Below are positions 30,612-41,100 of a DNA stretch of 64,000 bases, one piece after another. The position numbers and the translations under genes were made by a program. The stretch comes from a virus, in IMG/VR virus record IMGVR_UViG_3300037294_000405, positions 32,001 through 96,000 of that record. The stretch is one strand, 5' to 3'. Below the pieces are notes generated by a model. It saw only the letters and a program-made list of their open reading frames with translations, was not told the origin of the DNA and did not search any database. The first letter of the stretch is position 1. Every line of letters begins with the position of its first letter.

Positions 30612-31001
30612 ATGGCTAGGCTAAAAATTACACAAGAACAATATAACAAAATTATTTTACATGAACAAGCTTCACGTTCATCGTTGTTAGTTGAAACGAC
30701 AAATGAAGTTGTTTTAGGTGTTGCAAAGTTAGCTGGGTTAAAACTATCTGGTCAAAACGAAATAATCGCTAACAAAGCTTTAAATGACGCTAAAACTATG
30801 GGTTTAATCAAATCTACGTTAGAGGACGAAAATAAAGTTAAAGAATTGGTTGGTAAAATGGAAGAAAAAGGTATGAAGGACGTTGAAAGTTTTTTATCTA
30901 AGAATGTTGATTCGTTAGTTAAAAAATATAACCAATACGCAAAATCTGAAAAATTAGATTTTATATCAAAAACAAACCTTTTAGATTTAGGTAGTAAGTA
31001 A
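30612..31001 (+). CDS. hypothetical protein with KITxxQYN N-terminal motif
   Basis: 129-aa ORF preceded by ATATTTAT; N-terminus shared with 33840..35309. Confidence 0.65.
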   Translation: MARLKITQEQYNKIILHEQASRSSLLVETTNEVVLGVAKLAGLKLSGQNEIIANKALNDAKTMGLIKSTLEDENKVKELVGKMEEKGMKDVESFLSKNVDSLVKKYNQYAKSEKLDFISKTNLLDLGSK

Positions 31002-31285
31002 TTCACATAATAAGTCATAAACAACATCTATAACTTGTTTAGTATTTAAAGTAGTTGAATCTTCATTCGTTAACAATTTTTCATTATATTTTAATAAATA
31101 TAACTCATGAAATTCTTCAATTGGTAATGGGTTATCGATATCATTTTTAGATAAAATACCATAAACAAAACCACAAACTTTTTACTATCAATATAAGTAA
31201 CCCAATCACAAATATCTAAATATTCGTCTATACTTTTATCATATTGTTCAAATAATTCTTTTTTAGTGATTTTGATTTCTTTCAT
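30987..31285 (-). pseudogene. frameshifted small gene (one base missing in an A run)
   Basis: MKEIKITKKELF...YIDSK continues in the -1 frame as VCGFVYGILS...LLCELLTT*. The span is 299 nt and it has its own TACCTTTG element at 31304-31311. Confidence 0.55.
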
Positions 31286-31458
31286 GATATTTATATTAAA
31301 GGACAAAGGTACGATTTTTTTTTTGACATTTACTAGTATATTTTTAAAAATGATTATATTTATAGGTAAGAAGAAAAATCTAAGAAAAAATTCTTAAAAA
31401 ATAACTCTTATGATATTTATTATTAAATAAGAACAACTAAAATTAAAAACACAAAGAC

Positions 31459-31947
31459 ATGCCTGATTTATTGATGAAAATGCCCTTACCATACGAACCT
31501 AAGAAAAAGAATCGTTGGTTAATTACATTCCCAGCAGATTTGGGTATCCAACAATGGTGGTTAGCATCTGCTTCTAGACCTTCAATTACACAAAATGAAG
31601 TTGAAATCCCGTTTCTTAACACATCTACTTGGGTAATCGGTAGATTTACTTGGGAAGCAATTGATGTAACATTCCGTGACCCAATCGGTCCTTCTGCTAC
31701 ACAAGCAATTATGGAGTGGGTACGTCTTCACTCTGAATCAATCACAGGTCGTCAAGGTTACGCTGCTGGTTACAAACGTCCAGTTGAACTTGAAATGCTT
31801 GACCCAACGGGTGTTGTTATCGAAAAATGGTTACTTGATGGAACAATGTTAACTAACGTTGGATTTGGTGACTTATCAATGGATGATGATGGTATTGCTG
31901 AAATTACAGCAACCCTTAGATTTGATAGAGCAATTTTATTATTCTAA
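31459..31947 (+). CDS. tail tube protein (T4 gp19-like)
   Basis: YEPKKKNRW, GRFTWEAIDVTFRDPI, MEW, GYKRPVELEMLDPTG...W.L...LRFDRA; follows the sheath gene. Confidence 0.9.
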   Translation: MPDLLMKMPLPYEPKKKNRWLITFPADLGIQQWWLASASRPSITQNEVEIPFLNTSTWVIGRFTWEAIDVTFRDPIGPSATQAIMEWVRLHSESITGRQGYAAGYKRPVELEMLDPTGVVIEKWLLDGTMLTNVGFGDLSMDDDGIAEITATLRFDRAILLF

Positions 31948-32067
31948 TTATTATTTCTAAGGCTAAAAAGATGGTAAACCTAAACCTAAAGCTAATAGAG
32001 GTAACCTAGTTAAGAGACTAAATATAATTAAAAAAAAACGAAGAAATTTTAAAACAATACAAATAAT

Positions 32068-32095
32068 AAAAAACCATCTGAAAAGATGGTTTTTT
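32068..32095 (+). terminator. intrinsic terminator
   Basis: AAAAACCATCT-GAAA-AGATGGTTTTTT. Confidence 0.85.
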
Positions 32096-32173
32096 ATTTA
32101 CACCTATTTACAAAAAAAATTCATTTCCTATATTTATTCTTAAATGTTATAATACAAATAAATAAGTTTTAAA

Positions 32174-33517
32174 ATGGATAAAAAACCAAACGTGATTCCT
32201 AGTAAGGAACAAATGAATGCCGCTGCTACAGAAAAAGCTAAATTAGAAGCGTATGAAACCGAAAAAGCTTTGGTTACTAATGAAGTATACGGTACTGCTA
32301 TGGCACCAGAGGATACACCTTATGGTCATATGAATGCTGTTGAAATGATGCGTCAAAGAACTTTTAATCAATTACAGCAACAACAAGAAAGTGGTGTGGT
32401 TCAAGACTCTTCATTAGCTGAAAAAACTGCTGCTAGTGTTTACGCTGAAGCGGCTCGTGAAAAAAATGAAGAACAAATGAGACTTCGTGATGAGCAGTTA
32501 AGAATAAACAATGAAAATATTCAAAAATATCAACAGCAAGCTAATCAAGCTTCTGCTAGAGAAAATAAAAACCCAGAAACAAACACTGGTTTATATAATC
32601 CAACACATAAAATGAACGAAAATACTCAAAGTACAGGTAATAACTATACTAATGATAACAACAATAGTAACAGTTATTATACCCCACCAACACCACCTAG
32701 TGTTCCACCAGTAAATTTAAACCAAAATTTTGGTCAGAACCCTTCTAATATCGACCCTTATATTTTAGAGTTAAGTCAACCTAATTACAACGCACCATTT
32801 GATGTGATTCCGTTACCTTCTAAAGGTAAAACTTATAGAAATAAAAAGGCTAATGTTAAATTAGCTTATATGACAACGGCAGATGAGAATATCCTTACTA
32901 GTCCTAACTTATTACAAAGTGGTGAATTTTTAGAAATTTTAATCAACAGAAAAATACTAGACCCAGAATTGCGTTACAAAGACCTTTTACCAGGAGATAG
33001 AAACGCAATCATGATTTGGTTACGAGCAACTGGTTATGGTGAGATGTATCCAGTAACTTTGTTAGATGAAAACGATGTTCCTTTTGATACGGAGGTTAAT
33101 TTGAACGATTTAAAAACAAAAGAATGCGCAATTGAACCAGATGAGGATGGTTTATATTCTTTCGATTTACCGATAATGAAGGTAAATGTTAAATTTAAGT
33201 TGTTGACATGTGGAGAAATAGATGGTTTGGAAAAAACAATCACTGATGAAAAAGAAAAAGGTATTCCAGTAAACAATCTAACAACTTATAAGTTTGAAAG
33301 GATGATTAAGGAAGTTAATGGTTCTAGAGATAAAAATATGATTAGAGATTTCGCTAATATTATGAGAATTTCAGACGCAAAAGTATTGGATAATTATATT
33401 GAAGAATTAGAGAGTGGCATCGACTTAAATATTACGGTTGCGACCCCTGGAGGTGGGTCTGTGGCCACCTTTCTTCCACTTAACATCCAGTTTTTTTGGC
33501 CTAACTACAGAGTATAA
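32174..33517 (+). CDS. baseplate hub / tail assembly chaperone (T4 gp26-like) with low-complexity N-terminal extension
   Basis: LPSKG..Y...MTTADENIL...DRNAIMIWLRATGYG...FFWP; located between tube and tape measure genes. Confidence 0.7.
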   Translation: MDKKPNVIPSKEQMNAAATEKAKLEAYETEKALVTNEVYGTAMAPEDTPYGHMNAVEMMRQRTFNQLQQQQESGVVQDSSLAEKTAASVYAEAAREKNEEQMRLRDEQLRINNENIQKYQQQANQASARENKNPETNTGLYNPTHKMNENTQSTGNNYTNDNNNSNSYYTPPTPPSVPPVNLNQNFGQNPSNIDPYILELSQPNYNAPFDVIPLPSKGKTYRNKKANVKLAYMTTADENILTSPNLLQSGEFLEILINRKILDPELRYKDLLPGDRNAIMIWLRATGYGEMYPVTLLDENDVPFDTEVNLNDLKTKECAIEPDEDGLYSFDLPIMKVNVKFKLLTCGEIDGLEKTITDEKEKGIPVNNLTTYKFERMIKEVNGSRDKNMIRDFANIMRISDAKVLDNYIEELESGIDLNITVATPGGGSVATFLPLNIQFFWPNYRV

Positions 33518-33776
33518 AATACCTTTATTAGAAGAAATATATATTTGTACACAATATTTAAAAGGTATGAGTTATAATGATGTTCTATCTATGCCTGTTT
33601 ATGAAAGACGATTCTTTTTAGGGTTGTTAACCAAAGAAAATAGGGAGAAAGAAGAACAAGTAGAAAAAATGAAAGAACAACAAAAAACAAAAGGTACCAA
33701 AGGTAATCGAACAACAAAGGTTAGCGGTGAAGGTCTTAAAAATAGAATGAAAAATGGGGATATACCATTAACATAA
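33498..33776 (+). CDS. gp51-like small tail chaperone segment, probably reached by +1 frameshift
   Basis: LLEEIYI...GMSYNDVLSMPVYERRFFL motif; no good start codon ahead of the motif; overlaps the upstream gene at a T7 run. Confidence 0.6.
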   Translation, partial: GLTTEYKIPLLEEIYICTQYLKGMSYNDVLSMPVYERRFFLGLLTKENREKEEQVEKMKEQQKTKGTKGNRTTKVSGEGLKNRMKNGDIPLT

Positions 33777-33777
33777 T

Positions 33778-33807
33778 AAAATACCCGCTTTTTTAGTGGG
33801 TATTTTT
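33778..33807 (+). terminator. intrinsic terminator
   Basis: AAAATACCCGCT-TTTT-TAGTGGGTATTTTT hairpin. Confidence 0.75.
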
Positions 33808-33839
33808 GTTTTATACGATATTTATAAACAAATAATAAA

Positions 33840-35309
33840 ATGATGAATAAAAAAATAAAAATAACAGAAGCACAATACAATCGATTAATCAATTTAATGG
33901 TTGAAACACCTTTTGATGTGATGACTAAATCTAGTATTCAAAACGGAGATGTGATATCTATTACGTGGAAAGGTAGTAAAAATAACTTTAAAGTTATTAA
34001 TAATGCTTCTGGTCAAATTACTATGGACAACATCGATAAAGGTTCCACCAATATTAATTATCGTTATTTTATGGTTTATACGTCTTTAGATGGTGATGAT
34101 TTGGAATTAAGAAGAGCACATAAAACAAAAGAAGCTGATAAATTAGATGACCAAAAAAAATGGGCAAACGTTACTGTTAAAGACATTACTGATATTCAAG
34201 TCATTAGAGACGGTAAAGTAATTGATAGAGTTGACCCAGTTTCACCTAGTGCAGCTAAACAACAAAAACAAGGTAATACTGGTACTACTGAGTCTAATGA
34301 TTTTATTACAGATATAAATAATAATTTAACAATAATCTTAGAACAATTAATTGAAGGGAAGGGATTGAAATTAATTTTAAATAACGCTGAAGTTATTTTT
34401 TGTTGTAACAAAAAAACGGGAGGTGTTTTTGATTTAGAAATAATCGAAAATAAATCGATACCAGAGCTAAATAAATGGCAAACTTTTGTTTTAGATATTA
34501 AGGGTAACCCTAATGATAGTGAAACATCTATTTACGAAGCAAACAAAGATATAGTAAAAACACCAGATAACGGAAAAACTTTTAGTCTAAAATTTAAAGT
34601 TATAACTAGCGATAAAGAATCTGAAGTTTGGGTTATTGGTGGTCAAGGAGTTGCTATCACAAAATCATGTGAAGATAAAACCGATGATGATATAGAAGAT
34701 AATGAAGAAGTTAACACCAAAGAAGAAGAAGAATTAAAATTGGACGCTAAAGAAGCTTTTGAAAAAATACTTGCTGACCCAATGATACAAAAAGCTTTTT
34801 ATTCACAACCAACATTTTGGCAATCATTCGTAGCTGAATTAAAAGGTAAAAAACATCCAGGAAATGGTATAATAACCGTTTTAAATATAGTTAAAAACTA
34901 TGAATACAAACAAATAATCGAACAGATTGGTGAAGGATTTAGCGATAAAAAAGGTGATATTGTAGAATTCAAACCTTTAAAACCAACAACGATTAATTAT
35001 AACGCACAAAAAGAAGGTCGTAAAGAATTTACATTACAAACATTAAAACCAACAGAGATTAAAACTTCTGCCGATAAAAGAGAAACGGGGTTGGTTTTGG
35101 AGGTTAACTTACCTCAAGACCCAAATTATATTTTAAGGGTTATTGTTGATGGTAAAACCGAAACTGAAAACATAAAAGAATGTAGGTTAATAATAGGTAG
35201 ATTAACTAGTAATAACGTTTTTACCGCTGTTAGTAAACCAATAACTACCGAATTAGAGTTTTTAAATTCAGATGGGTATAAGATTCCAAAAAAAGAAAAT
35301 ATTAATTAA
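33840..35309 (+). CDS. hypothetical protein with KITxxQYN N-terminal motif
   Basis: 489-aa ORF with the late motif upstream. Confidence 0.7.
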   Translation: MMNKKIKITEAQYNRLINLMVETPFDVMTKSSIQNGDVISITWKGSKNNFKVINNASGQITMDNIDKGSTNINYRYFMVYTSLDGDDLELRRAHKTKEADKLDDQKKWANVTVKDITDIQVIRDGKVIDRVDPVSPSAAKQQKQGNTGTTESNDFITDINNNLTIILEQLIEGKGLKLILNNAEVIFCCNKKTGGVFDLEIIENKSIPELNKWQTFVLDIKGNPNDSETSIYEANKDIVKTPDNGKTFSLKFKVITSDKESEVWVIGGQGVAITKSCEDKTDDDIEDNEEVNTKEEEELKLDAKEAFEKILADPMIQKAFYSQPTFWQSFVAELKGKKHPGNGIITVLNIVKNYEYKQIIEQIGEGFSDKKGDIVEFKPLKPTTINYNAQKEGRKEFTLQTLKPTEIKTSADKRETGLVLEVNLPQDPNYILRVIVDGKTETENIKECRLIIGRLTSNNVFTAVSKPITTELEFLNSDGYKIPKKENIN

Positions 35310-35311
35310 TT

Positions 35312-37915
35312 ATGACTCCAGCAGAGATTAAACAACTTACCGAAGAGCTTACTAAACAAGCTAAGATACAACAACAAATTGGTCAATCCATTGAATCTTA
35401 TATGAGTGGAATGGATGAATATAAAAGAACTTTAAAGGAGATTAATAAAAACAAACAGCGTGAAATTGAGTTACAAAAATTAACAACTGTTGGTACCCAA
35501 AAGGAAAAAGATATAGCTAATATAAAACTTCAAGTATTACAGGACCAAACAGAGGAACTTGAAAAACAAAGTAGAATAATGGGTGGTGCTTTAGCTTCCG
35601 TCAATAAAAAATCTTTGGCTGGTGCTAAATTAATGGGTGATGCCGCAAAAGGTTTAGGTAAAGCTTTTGTTAATTTACCTGGAATGATTCAGTCGGCATA
35701 CGGCAAAATTAAAGGTTCAGGTTTATTTGAAATGGAGAAGGAGATTAAAAAATCTGCTTTATCCATGGGTGTTTTATCTAAACAAAGTGATTCTTTTAGA
35801 ACTACAATAGTCAATGCAGCTAAAGAAACCGCTATGATTGGTATAGGTGTCAAGGAATTGTCTCAAATGCAATCAGCTTATAGTGAAGAATTAGGTAGAA
35901 CGGTTACTTTAAGTAAAGAAGGCTTGGTTGCTATGGGTCAAATGGCTGTGGTTACTGGTTTAGGTGCGGAAGGTGCGGCTAAGATGTCGGCTGAAATGGA
36001 AAATCAAGGTTTATCCGCTGAAAGAACTGGTGCGTATGTTGAACAAACATTGAATGATGCTAGTGCTATGGGTATCAACGCAACCAAGGTTATGAAAAAC
36101 ATAGCCAACAACACAAAAATGCTTAATCGTTACAACTTCAAAGATGGTGTAAAAGGTTTAACTAAAATGGCTTCTCTTGTAACTAAATTAGGTGTAGATA
36201 TGGAATTTGCGTCTGGTTTTGCTGATAAATTATTTGATATCGAGGGAGCTGTTGATATGTCTGCTCAATTGCAAGTTATGGGTGGTGAATGGTCTAAGAT
36301 GGCTGACCCATTTCATTTGATGTACATGGCTAGAAATGATATGGCTGGTTTAACTGAAGAAATAGCTAAAGCTGCTTCTTCTTCTGCTACATTTAACACA
36401 ACAACTAAAGAATTTGAATTGGGTTCTATGGAAATGCATAGACTTAGAGTTATTGCGGAACAGACTGGTATATCTTACGATGAACTAGCTACAGCTGGAA
36501 AAAATGCAGCTAAATTTACAAAAATTAAAGGTCAAGTAAGTTTTACCATGGATGAGGATGAAAAAGAATTTTTAGCCAATACAGCTAAACTTGATGAAAA
36601 CGGTAAAGCTAGAATTGAAGTTGAAATTGGTGGGACACCAAAGTTATTAAGTCAGTTAACTAGTGCTGATAGAGAAGCTATAAAAAGCAGAATCACGGAA
36701 CAAGCTACTATGAAAGAAAGAGCTGAACAATCTATAACTTTTGATGAACAAATAAGTTTTTTAATAAATCAATTAAAAGTATTTATATTGCCATTGGTTC
36801 AAACAATGAATGAAAAACTTATTCCTAAATTAAGAGACTTAAGCGATAAATTCACAGGTAAAGGTGGTTGGGGGAAAAAAGTTGAGAAATTTGCTGAAGT
36901 TGTTGGTGAGATGGTTTCAGCTATTGGTGGGTTTATTATTGATAACCCTATTATGTCAGCAATGATTTATGGTGCTACTACATTTGGTGGTATGTTCTTC
37001 GATGCGGCTAAATGGTTACTTAACGGTATTGCATTGGCTAAAGGGTTTAATATGGCAGCTAGTATGGGTGGTGGTGATAGTGACCCAACAGATGGTGTTG
37101 AAAGTGTTTTAGATAAATTTGGTAAAAAAATATTTAATCAAAAAATAACAGGTGCTGCCGCAAAAACAAGTAAAGGTATGGCGGGTAATTTTAAAGGTGG
37201 ACTTAAAAGTTTTGGTGGTGTTGGTGCTAGTATTTTAGCTGGTGGTTTAGCTGCATGGGGTGAATGGAGTGAAAACGCTGAAAAAGGTATGGATAAAAGT
37301 GAAAACACTGGAAGAACTGCCACTAAAGGTGCTGGTGCTGGTTTAGGAGCATGGGGTGGTGCCGCTGCTGGTGCCGCTATTGGTTCTGCTTTTCCTATTG
37401 TTGGGACTATTATTGGTGGTCTTATTGGCGCTGCTCTAGGTGGTTTTGCTGGTGGTGCTTTAGGTGAAGCTGGTGGTGACGCAATATATGGTGATGAAGA
37501 TAGAATGACCAGACCATTAAATGATGGTATAATAGGTGGAATGGGTAGCTCTCCTTTATCTGGTATGTTAGGTTCTGCTATTAGTTCGTCTAGTAATATG
37601 TTAGGTTCTGATTTTTCTAAAGGTAGAGGGATAATACAAGGTGGTAAAATAACACCAATTGATAATAAAGACGATTTGTTGGCTATGAAACCTGGAGGTG
37701 CTATTGATAAAACTTCTAAATCACAAGGTAGTAATGTGGTTACACATTCATTTGGTAATATAAACATAAACGGTGAAATATTATTAAAAAGTCCAGGAAA
37801 TAATCCTGGAGAAGCAGTAGACTTATTAAAAGACGCTTCTTTCAAAAGAGATATATCCAGGATTATTCAAGTTGAACTTGAAAAGAATAGAAATGGTGGT
37901 AAAAATAAAGCATAA
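35312..37915 (+). CDS. tape measure protein
   Basis: Long A/M/K/E-rich helical region followed by a glycine-zipper hydrophobic segment; lies between chaperone and baseplate genes. Confidence 0.8.
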   Translation: MTPAEIKQLTEELTKQAKIQQQIGQSIESYMSGMDEYKRTLKEINKNKQREIELQKLTTVGTQKEKDIANIKLQVLQDQTEELEKQSRIMGGALASVNKKSLAGAKLMGDAAKGLGKAFVNLPGMIQSAYGKIKGSGLFEMEKEIKKSALSMGVLSKQSDSFRTTIVNAAKETAMIGIGVKELSQMQSAYSEELGRTVTLSKEGLVAMGQMAVVTGLGAEGAAKMSAEMENQGLSAERTGAYVEQTLNDASAMGINATKVMKNIANNTKMLNRYNFKDGVKGLTKMASLVTKLGVDMEFASGFADKLFDIEGAVDMSAQLQVMGGEWSKMADPFHLMYMARNDMAGLTEEIAKAASSSATFNTTTKEFELGSMEMHRLRVIAEQTGISYDELATAGKNAAKFTKIKGQVSFTMDEDEKEFLANTAKLDENGKARIEVEIGGTPKLLSQLTSADREAIKSRITEQATMKERAEQSITFDEQISFLINQLKVFILPLVQTMNEKLIPKLRDLSDKFTGKGGWGKKVEKFAEVVGEMVSAIGGFIIDNPIMSAMIYGATTFGGMFFDAAKWLLNGIALAKGFNMAASMGGGDSDPTDGVESVLDKFGKKIFNQKITGAAAKTSKGMAGNFKGGLKSFGGVGASILAGGLAAWGEWSENAEKGMDKSENTGRTATKGAGAGLGAWGGAAAGAAIGSAFPIVGTIIGGLIGAALGGFAGGALGEAGGDAIYGDEDRMTRPLNDGIIGGMGSSPLSGMLGSAISSSSNMLGSDFSKGRGIIQGGKITPIDNKDDLLAMKPGGAIDKTSKSQGSNVVTHSFGNININGEILLKSPGNNPGEAVDLLKDASFKRDISRIIQVELEKNRNGGKNKA

Positions 37916-37971
37916 TTATAGTTGATAATCAACAAGTTATGTTTTTTATTAAAAATTAATGTTATAATCAC

Positions 37972-38002
37972 TTGACTTTGTGGTATAAAAACCGTATTTT
38001 TG
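37972..38002 (+). promoter_or_regulatory. Bacteroidota-type promoter
   Basis: TTG(37972)-N20-TATTTTTG(37995-38002). Confidence 0.6.
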
Positions 38003-38020
38003 TATAAATAAAAAGTATTA

Positions 38021-38060
38021 TATATATTATTATATATTATTATATATTATTATATATTAT
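38021..38060. repeat. (TATATATTAT)x4 tandem repeat in a G/C-free tract
   Basis: Four exact 10-nt units; only A and T from 38016 to 38094. Confidence 0.95.
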
Positions 38061-38091
38061 TATAAATATTTAATTATAATATAAATTAATT

Positions 38092-38116
38092 AAAGACACG
38101 TATTGTGTCTTTTTTT
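38092..38116 (+). terminator. intrinsic terminator
   Basis: AAAGACAC-GTATT-GTGTCTTT followed by a T run. Confidence 0.8.
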
Positions 38117-38194
38117 ATTTGACCTTCTTTTACAATAAGCATTTATTTTATCAAAATTTTTATTAGTATAGTATTTATATATAAATAAATAACT

Positions 38195-41100
38195 ATGCCA
38201 ATTTTTTATAATACTTCAGCCCCTACACCAACAACTAAAAATACTATTACAGATGTTGCAACTAACTATGGTATTAGGGACTTCTTATTGAACTTAAATC
38301 TACTACCAACTTACCCACAGATATCAACTTCATTGAATGGTAGTCCTAAGATTGGTGAGCCAGTATTAGACACACTTGTCAATAACGGTAGTAATGTTAT
38401 TCCATTATATTTGCCTTTGGAAACAAATGGTATTTTATTCAAGGATTTAAACATTAACATCAACACATTTCAAAACGGTTCTTCAACTGCAAATGCTTTA
38501 ACTGATATAAATTACATTAGTGCAATACCTAACGTTAATTTTCCAAATAGTGTTTGGCCACAAGGTACTCAAAATTATCCAACTACAGCTAATCAAGATG
38601 TAAATGATTACGGATTGATTGGTAAAACTATTGATGGACAATTTAGAAAGAAAAACGTAATAAAAAATTTATATTTAGATGTTTCTAAACAAATAGATAT
38701 GGCTGATTTCATCAACCTAAACCCATTAGATATAACTCAACAAGTTTCTGGTTATTTAGACACTTATGGTGGTTTAAATTTAGGTGGTAGTGGTGCTATT
38801 CAAGCTGCAAATGTTATCGGTAGCGTTATAAGTGGTCAAGGATTAGGTTTTAGTAAAGGCGGTGTAGTACCTAATTTTGATATTAGGTCTTCGTTAGCTG
38901 GTAGAATATTAGGCGCTACAGGTATTGTAAAAGATACCAAGCTAGGAAACATAGGTGGACAACAATTGGCTTTGGCTTTAGCTAATAACGCTGCTTTTAA
39001 TGTTCAACAAGAAATACTTGGTTCATTAAACGTTAAAAATAATATACTTAGTCTTATAAAAGGTGACGGTTTGGTTGGTTTAAGGCCAAGCTACAAAATT
39101 ACTATACCTAAAAGTGGTGGTGGTAGGATATTAGACACTGCTGGTAAAATATTAGGGTTTACAATACCTAGAAGTTATTTAGAACCAGAGGGTTCTATTT
39201 TTCAAACAGAAAATAATGGAGCTGGTAACATTGAACGAGCTAACTCTATGATTCTAAACACAGGTAAAGGTCAAATAGAAACCCTTTTAAAAAACATTAA
39301 AGCAAATCAAATAGGGACTAACGCTGGAGGTTCTGATAACCCTTCTAAATCTTTATTTAGAAGCGGATACGCACCAGCTTTCGCAAATAACAAAGGTCAA
39401 ACGCAAATCACCGATGCTTTGGTTTATGCTTTTAGTAAAAATGGTGCTAAAATAAATTTATTTAGCTCTACTGATGGTATTGCTGATTTAAGTTATTTAA
39501 GAGAAGAAAAAGTCAGTGGTGATGGATTTAAAAGTCCAGAAGAAAACTTTACTGGTACTTATCAAGTTTATGACTCGGTTAATGATAGAATCAAATTCAT
39601 ATCTAATTCTGGTTATGATGAAAGAAAAATTAGTGATGTTGGTTTCACATGGACTAGTAATTCTAGTAGTAAGTCAGTAAACGCTAGAGCGGATTATGAC
39701 GGAATGACTGGTGATAAAAAATCACTATTAGTTAAAACACAAATATTATTTAATAGTATTGGTATGAAAAATGTTATTTCCAGAAAAGGAGATATGAATA
39801 AACAGTCAACACAAATACAAACAGCTAACGGTAAAGGTTTTTCTAAAGGTAACGCTGTATTACAAGAAGGGTTATTCGATTTATCAACAGGTAGATATAG
39901 TGGAGGTACTTATAGTGCTGAAGATACCTATTGTAGAAGTTGGACAACATTAGATAGGTACGATACCGTGTCCAAAATGGTTAGAAGTCACGGTTTATGG
40001 GATTCAAATAATGTACCGTACAGATTAAATTCAGAAAATTCAATATTAGATGAGTATGGTTTTCCAAAAATAGCTCCTTACGCCAACGCACCAAGTGACC
40101 CTAAAAAATTTATGTTTTCTATAGAAAACTTAGCGTGGAGTGATGAATATGAAAATTTACCAGAATGTGAAGTTGGTCCAGGAGATTTATTATCTGGTAA
40201 AAAAGGTAGAATTATGTGGTTTCCACCATATGATATACAGTTTAGTGAAAATAACAGCGTTAGCTGGGAAGCTAATAATTTTATAGGTAGAGGTGAATCG
40301 GTATATACATATAACAATACTGAAAGAAGTGGTAACTTATCGTTTAAGATAGTTGTCGACCACCCAAGCTACGTAAATTCTTTTAGGGGTTCAAGTGGAC
40401 CAGATGACCATTATATTAATTCATTTTGGGCTGGTTGTATTGACCCAAATAGTGAAATGGGTAAAAAACTAACAGTTAGTGAAAGAAGTGTTTCAACCCC
40501 AGATGATTTAACAATACCAGTTAAGAAAAATCCAACACCAGAAAAACCACCAGGACCTTTATCTGTTTATTTCCCTAATGATAATTCAGAAATATACAAA
40601 CCATATGAAAATGGTTTAATGTCTGCTTCAACTACACCTATTGATTATTTAATTAATAAAAATGGCGCTGGTGAAGGTTTGGGTTCTTATAAAGCTGATT
40701 TTACACCTGGTAATCATAATAATAGTAAATTAAGTGATGGTGAAGGTTGGCCAGACAGGTATGATTATGGTTTAAATTATTCACAATCTGGTGCTTCTGG
40801 TAGTTTAGAAACAAAAACAACCCTTGTTGGTGCTGATGATTTTGAAATTAGAGGTTATTTTGACCCTAATACTGATGTTTTTATTATAAAACATTTAACT
40901 GAGGTTTGTCCACATTGTGTTGCTACAATAACTGGTTATGCTAGTCAACAAGGTAGTCCAGTTTATAATGAAAAACTAGCTAAATCTAGAGCAGAAAAAA
41001 TTAAAGAAGATATTAAACAAAAATGGTGGCCAAGTATTAAAGCTGCTTTACCAAAATTAACTGAATCAGATTTTGATAAACGTTTTAAAATTGGTGAAAC

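Noticed and set aside
37138-37845. 235-aa antisense ORF and other short opposite-strand ORFs in the track (for example 21126-21455, 50383-50823, 62811-63143)
   Set aside because: They are shadows of Gly/Ala-rich or biased sense genes, with no motifs or expression signals.
38021-38060. CRISPR array
   Set aside because: The repeats are contiguous 10-mers without spacers. No repeat-spacer structure was seen anywhere in the window.
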